A stretch of DNA of 50,073 nt from an uncultured Spirochaetales bacterium (GTDB taxonomy: Bacteria; Spirochaetota; Spirochaetia; CAZEKV01), in NCBI GenBank assembly GCA_964512945.1, contig CAZEKV010000001.1:1-50073 (forward strand), read 5' to 3'. This document shows positions 10,005 to 20,185 of the stretch, one piece after another; position 1 is the stretch's first letter; each line of letters begins with the position of its first letter. Both the position numbers and the translations under genes were made by a program. Under the pieces are notes generated by a model. It made no database searches, was not told the DNA's origin, and saw only the letters and a list, made by a program, of their open reading frames with translations.

Positions 10005-11795
10005 ATGGCAGAAAGCATGGGAAAGGTAATCGGAGTCAACGGGAATATGGTTACTGTGGAATTTGAGGGCGAGGTCTCCCTTAATGAGGTGGGGTATGTC
10101 CTTCTTGATTCCGGATTGGATAAAGAGAAGAAGACAAAGAAACTAAAATCCGAGGTTATCAGAATAAACGGCAGTACTGCGGAACTTCAGGTATTTGAAA
10201 TGACCAAGGGAATTGGGATTGGAGCATCCGTTGAATTTACAAAAGAGCTCCTCGCCGTCTCTCTTGGCCCCGGGCTGCTTGGCCAGATCTATGATGGCCT
10301 TCAGAATCCTCTTCCGGCTCTGGCGGAAGAATGCGGATTTTTTCTGGATAGGGGGGTTTATTTAAATCCCCTATCAAACGATACGAAATGGCAATTTACT
10401 CCCCGGGTAAAGACGGGAGACAGAGTAGAGGCTGCAGATACCCTTGGAGTGGTTCCTGAGGGAATTTTTACCCACAGGATAATGGTTCCCTTTAATTTAT
10501 ATGAAACGTACACGGTAAAATGGATTGCAGATAGCGGTGACTATTCTATAAATGAGAAAATAGCCGAGATAGAAAGCCCTTCCGGGAAGCTTATTAAATT
10601 AACAATGGTTTTTGAGTGGCCTGTAAAAAGAGCCGTAACTGCATATCAGGAGAGGCTCAAGCCCTTTGAATCCATGGTTACAAAAGTCAGATTGATTGAT
10701 ACGTTCATCCCTGTTTCAAGGGGAGGGACCTACTGTATCCCCGGTCCCTTTGGCGCCGGGAAAACGGTTCTCCAGCAGGTTACAAGCAGGAATGCCGAGG
10801 TAGATATCGTTATTATTGCTGCCTGCGGAGAGAGGGCGGGGGAGGTTGTTGAGACCCTGAAGGAATTTCCTGAATTACTTGATCCCAGAACTGGAAGATC
10901 CCTCATGGAGAGGACAATAATAATATGTAATACAAGTTCCATGCCCGTCGCCTCAAGGGAGGCCTCGGTTTATACTGCAGTAACCCTTGCCGAATATTAT
11001 CGCCAGATGGGTCTGAATGTTCTTCTCCTGGCTGATTCAACATCCAGATGGGCACAGGCGATGCGTGAAATGTCGGGACGTCTTGAAGAAATACCGGGCG
11101 AAGAGGCTTTTCCTGCGTACCTCGAATCGACAATAGCCTCATTCTACGAAAGAGCGGGAGTTGTAAGATTAAAGGACGGGACGACAGGCTCCGTTACCAT
11201 TGGGGGGACGGTAAGCCCTGCGGGGGGGAATTTTGAAGAGCCGGTTACACAGGCTACCTTGAAGGTTGTAGGAGCCTTCCACGGTCTTTCAAGGGAGCGC
11301 TCGGATGCAAGGAAGTATCCTGCTATTCATCCCCTTGAGAGCTGGAGTAAGTATAGAGGCGTTGTTGATTTTGAAAAAACAGCCTATGCCCGGGAAATAC
11401 TTTTCAGGGGTAACGAGGTTGATCAAATGATGAAGGTTGTAGGGGAGGAAGGAACAAGCCTTGGTGACTACATTATATATTCTAAAGCTGATTTTCTTGA
11501 TTCTGTCTATCTCCAGCAGGATTCCTTTGATCCTGTAGACGCTGCTGTCAGTGTTGAAAGGCAGAGGTATATTTTTGATTTACTTTTTGAAATCCTTGGA
11601 GCCGAGTTGTCTCTCGAATCCAGGGGAGAGGTCAGGAGTTACTTCAATCAAATGCGGCAGAAATTTCTGGATTACAATGGATCCGAATGGGGTTCTGCCG
11701 GATTTAAGAAGATTGAGAAGGAGATCAGGGAGATGCTGCTATCCAGGAAAACCGGAATGGAGAAAAAAGCAGAGGCTTTATTGGGTAAAAATTGA
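10005..11795 (+). CDS. atpA: V-type ATP synthase catalytic subunit A
   Basis: Walker A PGPFGAGKTV, non-homologous insert region and LLLADSTSRWAQAMRE; 596 aa. Confidence 0.92.
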   Translation: MAESMGKVIGVNGNMVTVEFEGEVSLNEVGYVLLDSGLDKEKKTKKLKSEVIRINGSTAELQVFEMTKGIGIGASVEFTKELLAVSLGPGLLGQIYDGLQNPLPALAEECGFFLDRGVYLNPLSNDTKWQFTPRVKTGDRVEAADTLGVVPEGIFTHRIMVPFNLYETYTVKWIADSGDYSINEKIAEIESPSGKLIKLTMVFEWPVKRAVTAYQERLKPFESMVTKVRLIDTFIPVSRGGTYCIPGPFGAGKTVLQQVTSRNAEVDIVIIAACGERAGEVVETLKEFPELLDPRTGRSLMERTIIICNTSSMPVASREASVYTAVTLAEYYRQMGLNVLLLADSTSRWAQAMREMSGRLEEIPGEEAFPAYLESTIASFYERAGVVRLKDGTTGSVTIGGTVSPAGGNFEEPVTQATLKVVGAFHGLSRERSDARKYPAIHPLESWSKYRGVVDFEKTAYAREILFRGNEVDQMMKVVGEEGTSLGDYIIYSKADFLDSVYLQQDSFDPVDAAVSVERQRYIFDLLFEILGAELSLESRGEVRSYFNQMRQKFLDYNGSEWGSAGFKKIEKEIREMLLSRKTGMEKKAEALLGKN

Positions 11796-11824
11796 GTAAA
11801 AACTGATAATAGGGGATTTGGAAG

Positions 11825-13132
11825 ATGGACAAGGTATATAGTAAAATAGAGTCTATTGCGGGGAATGTGATAACGGTTTCTGCAGATGGCATAAAGTATG
11901 GGGATCTGGCGATGGTAAGCTCAACTCATGGCAAGTCTCTTGCGGAGGTTATCAGGTTGTACAAAGGCAAGGTTTCTCTTCAGGTTTTTTCCGGGGGAAG
12001 GGGAGTGTCGACAGGAGATGAGGTGAGGTTCCTTGGGCATTCCATGGAGATTTCCTTTTCTGATAATCTTCTGGGGAGGATTTTTGACGGCAGCGGCAGA
12101 CCCAGGGATAAGGGCCCCGAACTTGTCGATAATCTAATAGAAATAGGGGGTCCCTCTGTAAATCCGGCTAAAAGGATTATTCCGAGGAATATGATTAGAA
12201 CCGGAATCCCCATGATCGACATATTTAACTCTCTTGTTGAATCCCAGAAACTGCCGATTTTTTCGGTTTCAGGGGAACCCTATAATGAGCTTCTTGCGAG
12301 GATCGCAATGCAGGCGGAGGTCGATATGATAATCCTTGGGGGAATGGGGCTCAAATATGATGATTATCTCTATTTCAAGGATGCCATTGAAGAGGGAGGA
12401 GCCCTTGGCCGGACGGTATTTTTTGTCCATACCGCCTCAGATCCAATTGTAGAATGCCTTCTTGTTCCCGATATTTCCCTTGCTGTAGCCGAACAATTCG
12501 CCCTTAAGGGGAAAAAAGTTCTGGTTCTGCTGACTGATATGACCAACTTTGCGGACTCGATGAAGGAGATTGCAATTACAATGGAACAGGTTCCCTCAAA
12601 CCGCGGATATCCCGGGGATCTATACAGCCAGCTGGCTTCCCGCTACGAAAAAGCGGTAGATTTTGAGGGATCGGGATCGATCACCATTCTTGCAGTAACA
12701 ACAATGCCCGGAGATGATGTAACCCATCCCGTTCCTGATAATACTGGGTATATCACTGAAGGTCAGTTCTATCTAAGAAACGGAAGAATTGAGCCTTTTG
12801 GATCCCTCTCCCGTTTAAAGCAACAGGTAAACAAGGCCACCAGGGATGACCATCGTCCCCTGATGGATGGGATGATAAAGTTATACGCCTCCTATCTTGA
12901 ATCAATGGAGAAAAAATCCATGGGGTTCAATATGTCGGACTGGGATAATAAATTACTAAAATACGGGTTGATTTTTGAGAAAGAAATGATGGACCTCAGT
13001 GTTAATATCCCCCTTGAGAAAGCCCTTGATAAGGGCTGGGAGATTCTTTCTTCCTGTTTTACAAAAGAAGAGACAGGGCTTAGATCGGATTTGCTGGAAA
13101 ATTTCTGGCCGGGTAACGAGGGTGGTTCGTAG
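11825..13132 (+). CDS. atpB: V-type ATP synthase subunit B
   Basis: [15 protein letters not shown] and [16 protein letters not shown], with no canonical P-loop; 435 aa, directly after A. Confidence 0.9.
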   Translation: MDKVYSKIESIAGNVITVSADGIKYGDLAMVSSTHGKSLAEVIRLYKGKVSLQVFSGGRGVSTGDEVRFLGHSMEISFSDNLLGRIFDGSGRPRDKGPELVDNLIEIGGPSVNPAKRIIPRNMIRTGIPMIDIFNSLVESQKLPIFSVSGEPYNELLARIAMQAEVDMIILGGMGLKYDDYLYFKDAIEEGGALGRTVFFVHTASDPIVECLLVPDISLAVAEQFALKGKKVLVLLTDMTNFADSMKEIAITMEQVPSNRGYPGDLYSQLASRYEKAVDFEGSGSITILAVTTMPGDDVTHPVPDNTGYITEGQFYLRNGRIEPFGSLSRLKQQVNKATRDDHRPLMDGMIKLYASYLESMEKKSMGFNMSDWDNKLLKYGLIFEKEMMDLSVNIPLEKALDKGWEILSSCFTKEETGLRSDLLENFWPGNEGGS

Positions 13133-13726
13133 ATGCCAGGTATTAAGCTGACCAAGAATGAAGCGAAAAAGCAAAAAGATTCTTTAAAGAGATTTCAGCG
13201 TTATCTTCCGACACTTATTCTGAAGAAACGCCAATTGCAGATGGTGATAAGAAAAGTAGAAGAGAAGGTAAATGAGGTTGAAAAGAAAAAAGCAAGATTG
13301 GAAGAGATGATTCAGAGCTGGGCCGGTATTTTCTGTGAAAATGTCGGTCTTGAGAATCTTGTAAGAATAAACTCGGTAAAGAAAGGCATAGACAATGTCG
13401 CCGGCGTGGATATTCCTGTTTTTTCGGGTATCGAAATCGCTATAGAATCCTATGATCTGTCTACCTTTCCCCTATGGGTGGATAAAGCGGTATCTGTCCT
13501 GAAGGATTTGATTTCCCTCGATGCCGAGATTGATGTTCTAAGGGAAGGCTTGCTTCTCCTGGCAGGGGAATTAAGGACAACAACCCAGCGTGTTAATCTG
13601 TTTGAGAAAGTAAAGATTCCTGAGGCCAGAGAAAACATAAGACGGATAAACATATATCTTGGTGATCAGCAGACAGCCGCGGTTGTCAGGGGTAAGATGG
13701 CCAAGAATAAACTTGTAGAGGTTTAG
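13133..13726 (+). CDS. atpD: V-type ATP synthase subunit D
   Basis: 197-aa coiled-coil protein (LTKNEAKKQKDSLKRFQRYLPTL..., ...TTQRVNLFEKVKIPE). ATG abuts the atpB TAG. Confidence 0.85.
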   Translation: MPGIKLTKNEAKKQKDSLKRFQRYLPTLILKKRQLQMVIRKVEEKVNEVEKKKARLEEMIQSWAGIFCENVGLENLVRINSVKKGIDNVAGVDIPVFSGIEIAIESYDLSTFPLWVDKAVSVLKDLISLDAEIDVLREGLLLLAGELRTTTQRVNLFEKVKIPEARENIRRINIYLGDQQTAAVVRGKMAKNKLVEV

Positions 13727-13776
13727 AATTTGTGGAAATCAGAGGTTCATTGTGCGGATGAGGAACAAATAGCTTT

Positions 13777-15582
13777 ATGATAGTGAAAATGAAAAAAATA
13801 TCTATCGTTCTCCTTGACTCCTACAGGGTTGCGTCATTAAAGGAGTTAAGAAAACTTGGGGTTCTCCATGTAGAAAATGAGGCAGGGAGCAGCGAGACAC
13901 TGGACACATTGCTCGAACAGAAGGTTCTTCTTGAAAAAGCCCTCAGTCTTTTGCCGAAAAAAAAGGGGGCGGATAAAGTTCCTCATAAAATTGAGAGTGG
14001 AGATATCTTGAAATCAGCAGAGGAAGTTATTTCATTAAGCGAAAGTAGGGGAACGCTTCTTGAAGATCTCCGCCGCTTGAGCCTGGAAAGGGATAGTGTT
14101 GCTGTGTGGGGGGATTTTAATCCTGAGGATATTGCCTTCTTGAACCAGAAAAAAATCATCATTAGATTTTACAAAACCACAAAAGATATTTTTGAGAAGA
14201 TCAAGGGGGGTTTTACACCGTTTGTTATAAAAATCCAGGCCTCACAGGTTTATTTTGTAACAGTGGATAAGAAAGTTGAAGGTCCGGAAGAAATAGTTCT
14301 TCCAGAAAAGAGTGCTAAAGCCTTTGGTGACGATATACAGTCAAAAACAGAGGAGATATCCAGGAAAGAAGGCCTACTTTTTGAGCTGTCGAGCCTGAGG
14401 GAGAATTTTGTATCGGAGATTGCCGGTCTGGACGAAAAGATCAGATTTGAAGAAGTCAGGACGGGAATTGGAATAGAGGGAAACCTTTCCTATCTAACAG
14501 GATTTCTTCCTGAAAATCGCCTTAATCCCCTCAGAAAGGCCGCCTCGGAAAACGGATGGGGACTCGTGGTAAGCGAACCCTCTGTGGATGATGATGTCCC
14601 GACTCTTGTCAAGAACAATAGAATAATCAGCATAATTCAGCCCGTATTCGATCTGCTTGGAACGGTACCGGGGTACAGGGAAAGGGATATCAGTTTTCTT
14701 TTTCTTTTATTTTTTGGTTTGTTTTTTGCTATGATAATCGGTGATGCGGGCTATGGCTCCATTTTTTTATTATTATCGGCAGCGGGGATAATGATTCCTG
14801 TTCTAAAAAAGAAAAAGATTCCTCCTGCGGCAGTTTTGATGCTTGTAATGAGTGTTTGCACAATTATATGGGGAGCACTTACGGGAACCTGGTTTGGATC
14901 TGAAGCCATTGCCAGAAATGAATATTTCAGGTGGATGGTAATAGAAAACATCTCCAGTTTGAATCCCCGGAGTGCCCTGTTTGTTAAATATTTCTGTTTT
15001 ATCGTTGGTGTGATACATCTGCTTATTGCTCATTCATGGAATTTTATAAGGGATATCAGAAGAAAGCCCTTTATTCGTGCTTTTGCCCAGATAGGATGGT
15101 TTTCCCTCGTCTGCGGCCTGTACTACCTGGTTCTATTTATTGTTCTTGATCCGGTGAAGTTTCCAATGCCCGATGTCGCTCTGCCCATGATTCTGGGAGG
15201 GCTTGCTTTTGTAATTATCTTTGCACAGCAGGAGGGTAATTTTTTCAAGGGTATTTTGAAAGGTCTGGGGGGATTGATAACCACCTTCCTTGATGGGGTA
15301 AGTGCATTCTCGGATATTATATCGTATATAAGACTATTTGCGGTGGGGCTTGCTTCTGTTGCAATTGCAAGGAGTTTTAATTCAATGGCAGAGGGGATCC
15401 CAATTGCAGGGGCGGTGTTGATTCTCATGGCGGGGCATGGTTTGAATATTGCCATGGGTCTTCTGTCTGTTATTGTTCATGGAGTAAGGCTTAACATGCT
15501 TGAATTCTCCGGTCATGCCGGAATGGAATGGACAGGGATTCCCTACAAGCCCTTCAGGATTGAAAAGAAAGAAAATAACTAG
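13777..15582 (+). CDS. atpI: V-type ATP synthase subunit I (a-subunit homologue)
   Basis: 601 aa. Soluble N-terminal half, polytopic C-terminal half and the conserved ISYIRLFAVGLAS arginine motif. Confidence 0.88.
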   Translation: MIVKMKKISIVLLDSYRVASLKELRKLGVLHVENEAGSSETLDTLLEQKVLLEKALSLLPKKKGADKVPHKIESGDILKSAEEVISLSESRGTLLEDLRRLSLERDSVAVWGDFNPEDIAFLNQKKIIIRFYKTTKDIFEKIKGGFTPFVIKIQASQVYFVTVDKKVEGPEEIVLPEKSAKAFGDDIQSKTEEISRKEGLLFELSSLRENFVSEIAGLDEKIRFEEVRTGIGIEGNLSYLTGFLPENRLNPLRKAASENGWGLVVSEPSVDDDVPTLVKNNRIISIIQPVFDLLGTVPGYRERDISFLFLLFFGLFFAMIIGDAGYGSIFLLLSAAGIMIPVLKKKKIPPAAVLMLVMSVCTIIWGALTGTWFGSEAIARNEYFRWMVIENISSLNPRSALFVKYFCFIVGVIHLLIAHSWNFIRDIRRKPFIRAFAQIGWFSLVCGLYYLVLFIVLDPVKFPMPDVALPMILGGLAFVIIFAQQEGNFFKGILKGLGGLITTFLDGVSAFSDIISYIRLFAVGLASVAIARSFNSMAEGIPIAGAVLILMAGHGLNIAMGLLSVIVHGVRLNMLEFSGHAGMEWTGIPYKPFRIEKKENN

Positions 15583-15620
15583 AGGGTTTTCTTTTAACAT
15601 AAAAAGAAAGGAGATAATAA

Positions 15621-16073
15621 ATGGATATTATTGCACAAATGGGTATTGCAGCTACTATGGGTTTTGCGGCTATTGGTTCAGCCATAGGTGCCGGAGCAGC
15701 CGGGATGGCTGCTATTGGGGCATGGAAAAAATGTTTTGCCAATAACAAGCCGGCTCCGTTTTTGCTCGTAGCTTTTGTAGGAGCCCCCCTTACTCAGACC
15801 ATCTACAGTATGATTCTGATGGGAACCATCATGGAGGGGTTTAAAAAAGCAGCAGAAACTGGAGTTAGTCCTGTTATGCTTCTGGGAGTGGGTATTTTTG
15901 GAGGTCTCGGAATGGGATTTTCTGCGATGTTCCAGGGTAAGGCCGGAGCAAGTGCTTCAGATGCCCTTGCCGAAACGGGAAAGGGCTTTGGTAACTATAT
16001 TATGGTTCTGGGGTTGATAGAAACAGTAGCCCTTTTTGTGATGGTATTTTTAATGAATGCTGTAAAAGCTTAG
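15621..16073 (+). CDS. atpK: V-type ATP synthase proteolipid subunit K (duplicated 4-TM c subunit)
   Basis: 150 aa, Gly/Ala-rich helices. PLTQTIY, FQGKAG and LIETVALF align with the Enterococcus hirae NtpK motifs PGTQGLY, AQGKVA and MVETYAI. Confidence 0.88.
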   Translation: MDIIAQMGIAATMGFAAIGSAIGAGAAGMAAIGAWKKCFANNKPAPFLLVAFVGAPLTQTIYSMILMGTIMEGFKKAAETGVSPVMLLGVGIFGGLGMGFSAMFQGKAGASASDALAETGKGFGNYIMVLGLIETVALFVMVFLMNAVKA

Positions 16074-16157
16074 CTCTGGAATTCTTTGCGTGTATGACGC
16101 TTTTGAAGACCAGGGGGCTTGTTCCGCCAGGAACTGGAAATAGTTGATATCGGATGG

Positions 16158-16194
16158 ATTCTGGTTTGGAGGCCGGGGGCTTTCAAACCAGAAT
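16158..16194. other. 11-bp perfect inverted repeat (ATTCTGGTTTG / CAAACCAGAAT) with a 15-nt GC-rich loop
   Basis: Seen directly in the convergent gap between atpK and the WecA-like gene. No flanking T-run, so its role (terminator, RNA stability element or protein site) is open. Confidence 0.35.
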
Positions 16195-16308
16195 TACTGA
16201 TGTTAGACATACTGCCCGCTAACCCGGTTTTGTTTGTCCAGGCCTGTTTCTCAAACGGGAATCCGAGGTTATAATTTCTGGCACCACCGAACTTGTTTCC
16301 GCAAGATT

Positions 16309-17400
16309 TCAGTTCTTCTTTTTGTTGATAAAATGTATAATAGTTAAGAGTCCTATACCGGTAGACCAGACAATCATAATAACAACAGTATGGAATATTT
16401 TGTATGAGCCGGCTATCCAGGCCTTTGAAAGATCCCAGAAAACGGCCACTCCCCCGAGAAAAATGCTGATTGAATATATTATAAAGAGTATTTTTTTATG
16501 ACTCAGCCCGATATTGAGAAGTTTATGGTGAAGATGCTCTTTATCCGGCATGCCTATGGATTGTTTTTTCCGTCTTCTCCGCATTATCGCTGCGAATGTA
16601 TCCAGAATCGGGATGAGAAGCAGGGTTATGGGGGTTATTAGAACCATCGATGAGGGGTTTACTGATACATTTAGCAACGGTATGACTGCCAGTGTAAAAC
16701 CTATGAAGAGACTCCCCGCATCTCCCATGAATATTTTTGCGGGGGGCATGTTGAAAAAAAGAAAGCTAAGAATACCGCCGAATAGCGAAAAAGAGAAGAC
16801 AGCCATAATGATGTTATTGTTAAACAGGGAAATAATACCCAGAAACAGGGCGGCTATGGAAGAAATCCCCCCGGCAAGGCCGTCAATGCCGTCAATCAGG
16901 TTAACTGCGTTACAAACACTTACAATCCAGAATACTGTAATCACGTAAGAAAAAGGCCCCAGCGGGATATCGATCCAGAATAACGGGATTGTAAATTTGG
17001 TAAAAACCAATCCGCTGGAAACTACACATGTTGCGGCTAGAATCTGGATAATCAATTTATAGCGGGCCTTTAGATTAGAAAAATCATCAAAAAGACCCAG
17101 GACGTGTATAATGATAAAACCCGCAAGAATAGGTATTATTTTTAAATAAGGAACGGAAAACATGTCCTGTTTTTGAACTATGGTTATAATCAGAATCGTA
17201 AGAAGGGCGAAAAAAAAGGAGAGGAATACTCCTACACCTCCTATACAGGGGATGTCTCCTGTATGGTTTTTCCTGCTGCTCTTTGGGTCATACCATTTTT
17301 TCTTATGAGCAATTTTAATCAGGATATGAATCAATAATATATTAACAAAAAAAGAAGTCCCTAATGAAACAAGAGCCCTTATCAATATTGTTATCTCCAT
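16309..17400 (-). CDS. glycosyltransferase family 4 polyprenyl-phosphate sugar-1-phosphate transferase (WecA/TagO-like)
   Basis: Polytopic membrane protein with LFDDFSNL, NAVNLIDGIDGLAGG and FMGDAGSLFIGF motifs; 363 aa. Confidence 0.8.
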   Translation of the reverse strand: MEITILIRALVSLGTSFFVNILLIHILIKIAHKKKWYDPKSSRKNHTGDIPCIGGVGVFLSFFFALLTILIITIVQKQDMFSVPYLKIIPILAGFIIIHVLGLFDDFSNLKARYKLIIQILAATCVVSSGLVFTKFTIPLFWIDIPLGPFSYVITVFWIVSVCNAVNLIDGIDGLAGGISSIAALFLGIISLFNNNIIMAVFSFSLFGGILSFLFFNMPPAKIFMGDAGSLFIGFTLAVIPLLNVSVNPSSMVLITPITLLLIPILDTFAAIMRRRRKKQSIGMPDKEHLHHKLLNIGLSHKKILFIIYSISIFLGGVAVFWDLSKAWIAGSYKIFHTVVIMIVWSTGIGLLTIIHFINKKKN

Positions 17401-17667
17401 GGGCGAAGTATATCATTATACTCAAAGAAAAAAAAAGAGTATTATTGTAAAAAACGCCAAGTTTTTACACACTCCCAAATTATTTTATTAGAATTCGAAA
17501 CCGTAGAGCTTCCCGATTCTGGATAAAACCAGAAACTTCTTGTGAAATATTTAAATCTCTCATGGATGGATTAGAATATCAGTTGCCCACAGGCTTTCCT
17601 TATACCCATATAGTTTTCAAAAGGAAGCACAACAATTGATAAACACCATGGTAAAAGAGGGGCTACA

Positions 17668-17692
17668 GCGGTTCTCTGATAGGCAGAACCGC
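17668..17692 (-). terminator. candidate glnN terminator hairpin (GCGGTTCT / AGAACCGC, 9-nt loop)
   Basis: An 8-bp stem beginning 10 nt past the glnN stop. The downstream U-tract on the minus strand is weak (CUCUUUUA). Confidence 0.4.
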
Positions 17693-17701
17693 CATATTTC
17701 C

Positions 17702-19801
17702 TTACAGTTCTGTTATTAAATCCTGATACTTCGCCATTGGCCAGAGTTCACTGGCAATAATTTCTTCGGCTCTGTCAACATTCAGTCTGAGAGCTGCAAG
17801 CGCTTCACCCCCTGCTTCGGCAAAATAATAGGCCTTTTTATGGATATCACTGATTTTTTCGCCCTCTACCAGGGTTTTTTCAAGGTTTGTTATCCCTGAT
17901 TTAATTTCCTTATACAGGTCGCCCAGGGTTTCAATATCTGTCTTGAAGATGTCTGAAGGAGACCCTGCTGCAGCCACTTTTTCTGCTGCATTCGCTATGC
18001 TTGTTATCTGTTTTATTAAAGAGGGGAGAACTGTTGTTTTTGCGATATTAATTGCTGTCTTATACTCAATATCTTTTACATTCACATAGGCCTCGAGTTT
18101 TATCTCGATCTTTGCCTCCAGTTCGGCTTTGCTCAAAATCTTGTAATCTTCAAATAGTTCCATTACTTCGTCTTCTAAAAAAGCCTCAAGAGCCGCAGGG
18201 GTATTTTTAGCATTGGGGAGCCCCCTTTTTCCGGCCTCATTATGCCATTCGTCTGAATAGTTGTTTCCCTCAAATCGAACCCGTTTTGTTTTTTTCAATA
18301 GATCCTTGAATACCTGGATGGCATTTAGTTTTACATCTCCGCTCATTTCTTTGAGGCGGTTATAAATCTCATCATATCCATATGCAACCATCAGATTAAA
18401 AACAGTTGCGGGTTCCGCACAATTGTGGGTTGAACCGACAGCCCTGAATTCGAATTTATTTCCGGTAAAGGCTATTGGAGAGGTCCTGTTTCTATCTGAT
18501 ATATCCTTGGCTATTTTCGGCAGATTCTGAATGCCTAGATTTATATGGGCCATTGCTTTTTCGGTTACTGTACCGATTCCCTCGATCTCATCGAAAAGGG
18601 AGTTTAGATATTCGCCGAGGTAGACAGACATTATAGCCGGCGGGGCTTCATTTGCTCCCAGCCTGTGGTCGTTTCCGGCATCGGCGACAGAAGCCCTTAA
18701 TACCCCTCCAAATTTATCCACTCCTACAAGAATTGCTACAACCGTCATTAGAAAATTTATATTTTTTAAGGGAGATTTTGAGGGTTCAAGATAATTGGTT
18801 CCGGTATTGTCCCCGATCGACCAGTTCATATGCTTTCCTGAACCGTTTACCCCTGCATAGGGTTTTTCGTTCAAAAGGGCGACCAGGCCGTGTTTTTCGG
18901 CAACACGTTTTAAGATATCCATCATTTGGAGGTTATGATCCACCGCAAGATTCGAGACAGAGTAGAGAGGGGCAACTTCGAATTGATTGGGAGCGACCTC
19001 ATTATGGCGGGTTTTTGACGGGATTCCTCGCCTGTACAATTCTACGTCAAATTCCTCCATAAACCTGAGAACCTTTCTTTTTATTGTTCCGAAATAATGA
19101 TCATCCATCTGCTGTCCTTTGGCTGGAGCCGATCCAAACAATGTCCTCCCGCAAACTTTTAGATCCTGTCTGTTTTCATAAAGATCTCCCGATACAAGAA
19201 AATACTCCTGTTCCGGTCCCATAAAAACCTTTGTCTGCTTCGCGGTTCTGTTGCCGAGAAGTTTTTGAAGGCGAATTGCCGAATCATTTAGTGCCTTTTG
19301 AGATCGCAGCATGGGGGTTTTAATATCCAGAACATTTCCTGTCCATGATAAAAATACAGAGGGAATAACCAGGGTCATGGTGTCATTCGATTCCAGTAAA
19401 AAGGCGGGAGATGTCGGATCCCAGGCGGTATATCCCCTTGCTTCAAAAGTAGATCTCATTCCTCCTGATGGGAACGAAGAAGCATCGGGTTCCGATTGAA
19501 TAAGCTGGCTACCCGAAAACCTCTCAATTATGCTGCCGTCTTTATCGTATGTAATGAAAGAATCGTGTTTTTCTGCAGTTCCCCCTCTCTGGGGCTGAAA
19601 CCAGTGGGTAAAATGAGTGGCTCCCTTTGCTATCGCCCACTCTTTCATGGCGTGAGCTACATCTGCAGCGATTGATTCATCAAGTTTTTCATTTGATTCA
19701 ATTGTAGCCATGAGTTTTTTGTAAACCTCATTGCTCAATTTTTCTTTCATCACCTTCTTGTTAAAGGTTAATTCTCCAAAAATAGAACTTGTTCTCAGCA
19801 T
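17702..19801 (-). CDS. glnN: glutamine synthetase type III
   Basis: The 699-aa length is typical of GSIII. It has an NEVAPNQFEVAP catalytic-region motif and a long C-terminal helical extension. Confidence 0.88.
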   Translation of the reverse strand: MLRTSSIFGELTFNKKVMKEKLSNEVYKKLMATIESNEKLDESIAADVAHAMKEWAIAKGATHFTHWFQPQRGGTAEKHDSFITYDKDGSIIERFSGSQLIQSEPDASSFPSGGMRSTFEARGYTAWDPTSPAFLLESNDTMTLVIPSVFLSWTGNVLDIKTPMLRSQKALNDSAIRLQKLLGNRTAKQTKVFMGPEQEYFLVSGDLYENRQDLKVCGRTLFGSAPAKGQQMDDHYFGTIKRKVLRFMEEFDVELYRRGIPSKTRHNEVAPNQFEVAPLYSVSNLAVDHNLQMMDILKRVAEKHGLVALLNEKPYAGVNGSGKHMNWSIGDNTGTNYLEPSKSPLKNINFLMTVVAILVGVDKFGGVLRASVADAGNDHRLGANEAPPAIMSVYLGEYLNSLFDEIEGIGTVTEKAMAHINLGIQNLPKIAKDISDRNRTSPIAFTGNKFEFRAVGSTHNCAEPATVFNLMVAYGYDEIYNRLKEMSGDVKLNAIQVFKDLLKKTKRVRFEGNNYSDEWHNEAGKRGLPNAKNTPAALEAFLEDEVMELFEDYKILSKAELEAKIEIKLEAYVNVKDIEYKTAINIAKTTVLPSLIKQITSIANAAEKVAAAGSPSDIFKTDIETLGDLYKEIKSGITNLEKTLVEGEKISDIHKKAYYFAEAGGEALAALRLNVDRAEEIIASELWPMAKYQDLITEL

Positions 19802-19873
19802 TATCGGCCTCCAGACTATGATCTTATGGATAGATATAGTACAGAAAAATTACAATGTCAAGCTGAATTTTGG

Positions 19874-19971
19874 TTTTTACTGTTTTTTTGGTAGTTTTTG
19901 CCGGTTGTTTTTCGATTTTTTTATTATTCCCAACCTGCATTCTGCTTTTTTGCAGTTTTTCACCAATTTTT
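19874..19971. promoter_or_regulatory. helically phased T-tracts (A-tracts on the glnN strand) in the glnN/fabG divergent intergenic region
   Basis: T5-T7 runs are centred near 19876, 19886, 19897, 19910, 19919, 19948, 19958 and 19969. Apart from the 19919-19948 gap, spacing is mostly 9-13 bp. Confidence 0.45.
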
Positions 19972-20185
19972 ACTGGCAGCTGCTTTCCTTCTTGTTTTTC
20001 TGGGTCGCAGCCGGGTTTAGTTTTTTTAGTAGTGCCCCGAAAGTTGATGATGGATTTTCCATATCTCTTTTTAAGAAGGGGGGGGATCCGTCTGCTTTTT
20101 AACGGAAAGGCATTTATCCCCTCTTTTCTTCAAAGGGTATAAATGATATGATCCCCCCAGCTAAAATGATAGAATGGAGTGGATT

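Noticed and set aside
17440-17540. Possible tRNA, suggested by a GGTTTCGAATT T-loop-like string on the minus strand
   Set aside because: No acceptor stem, D-arm or anticodon arm can be folded around it. I recognised no tRNA, rRNA, tmRNA, RNase P or SRP RNA signatures anywhere in the intergenic regions by eye. This should be confirmed with tRNAscan-SE and Infernal.
19974-19990. Sigma-54-like TGGCAG-N5-TTCC element
   Set aside because: It has mismatches in both the -24 (GGCAG rather than GGCAC) and -12 (TTCC rather than TTGC) boxes. It also points toward fabG rather than the nitrogen gene glnN, and lies ~190 nt from any start.
19731-20142. ORFs 19731..20102 and 19870..20142 in the glnN-fabG intergenic region
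   Set aside because: The translations are poly-Phe/Leu strings generated by the T-tract DNA. There is no SD, and the first overlaps the glnN start. The region is better explained as regulatory, curved DNA.
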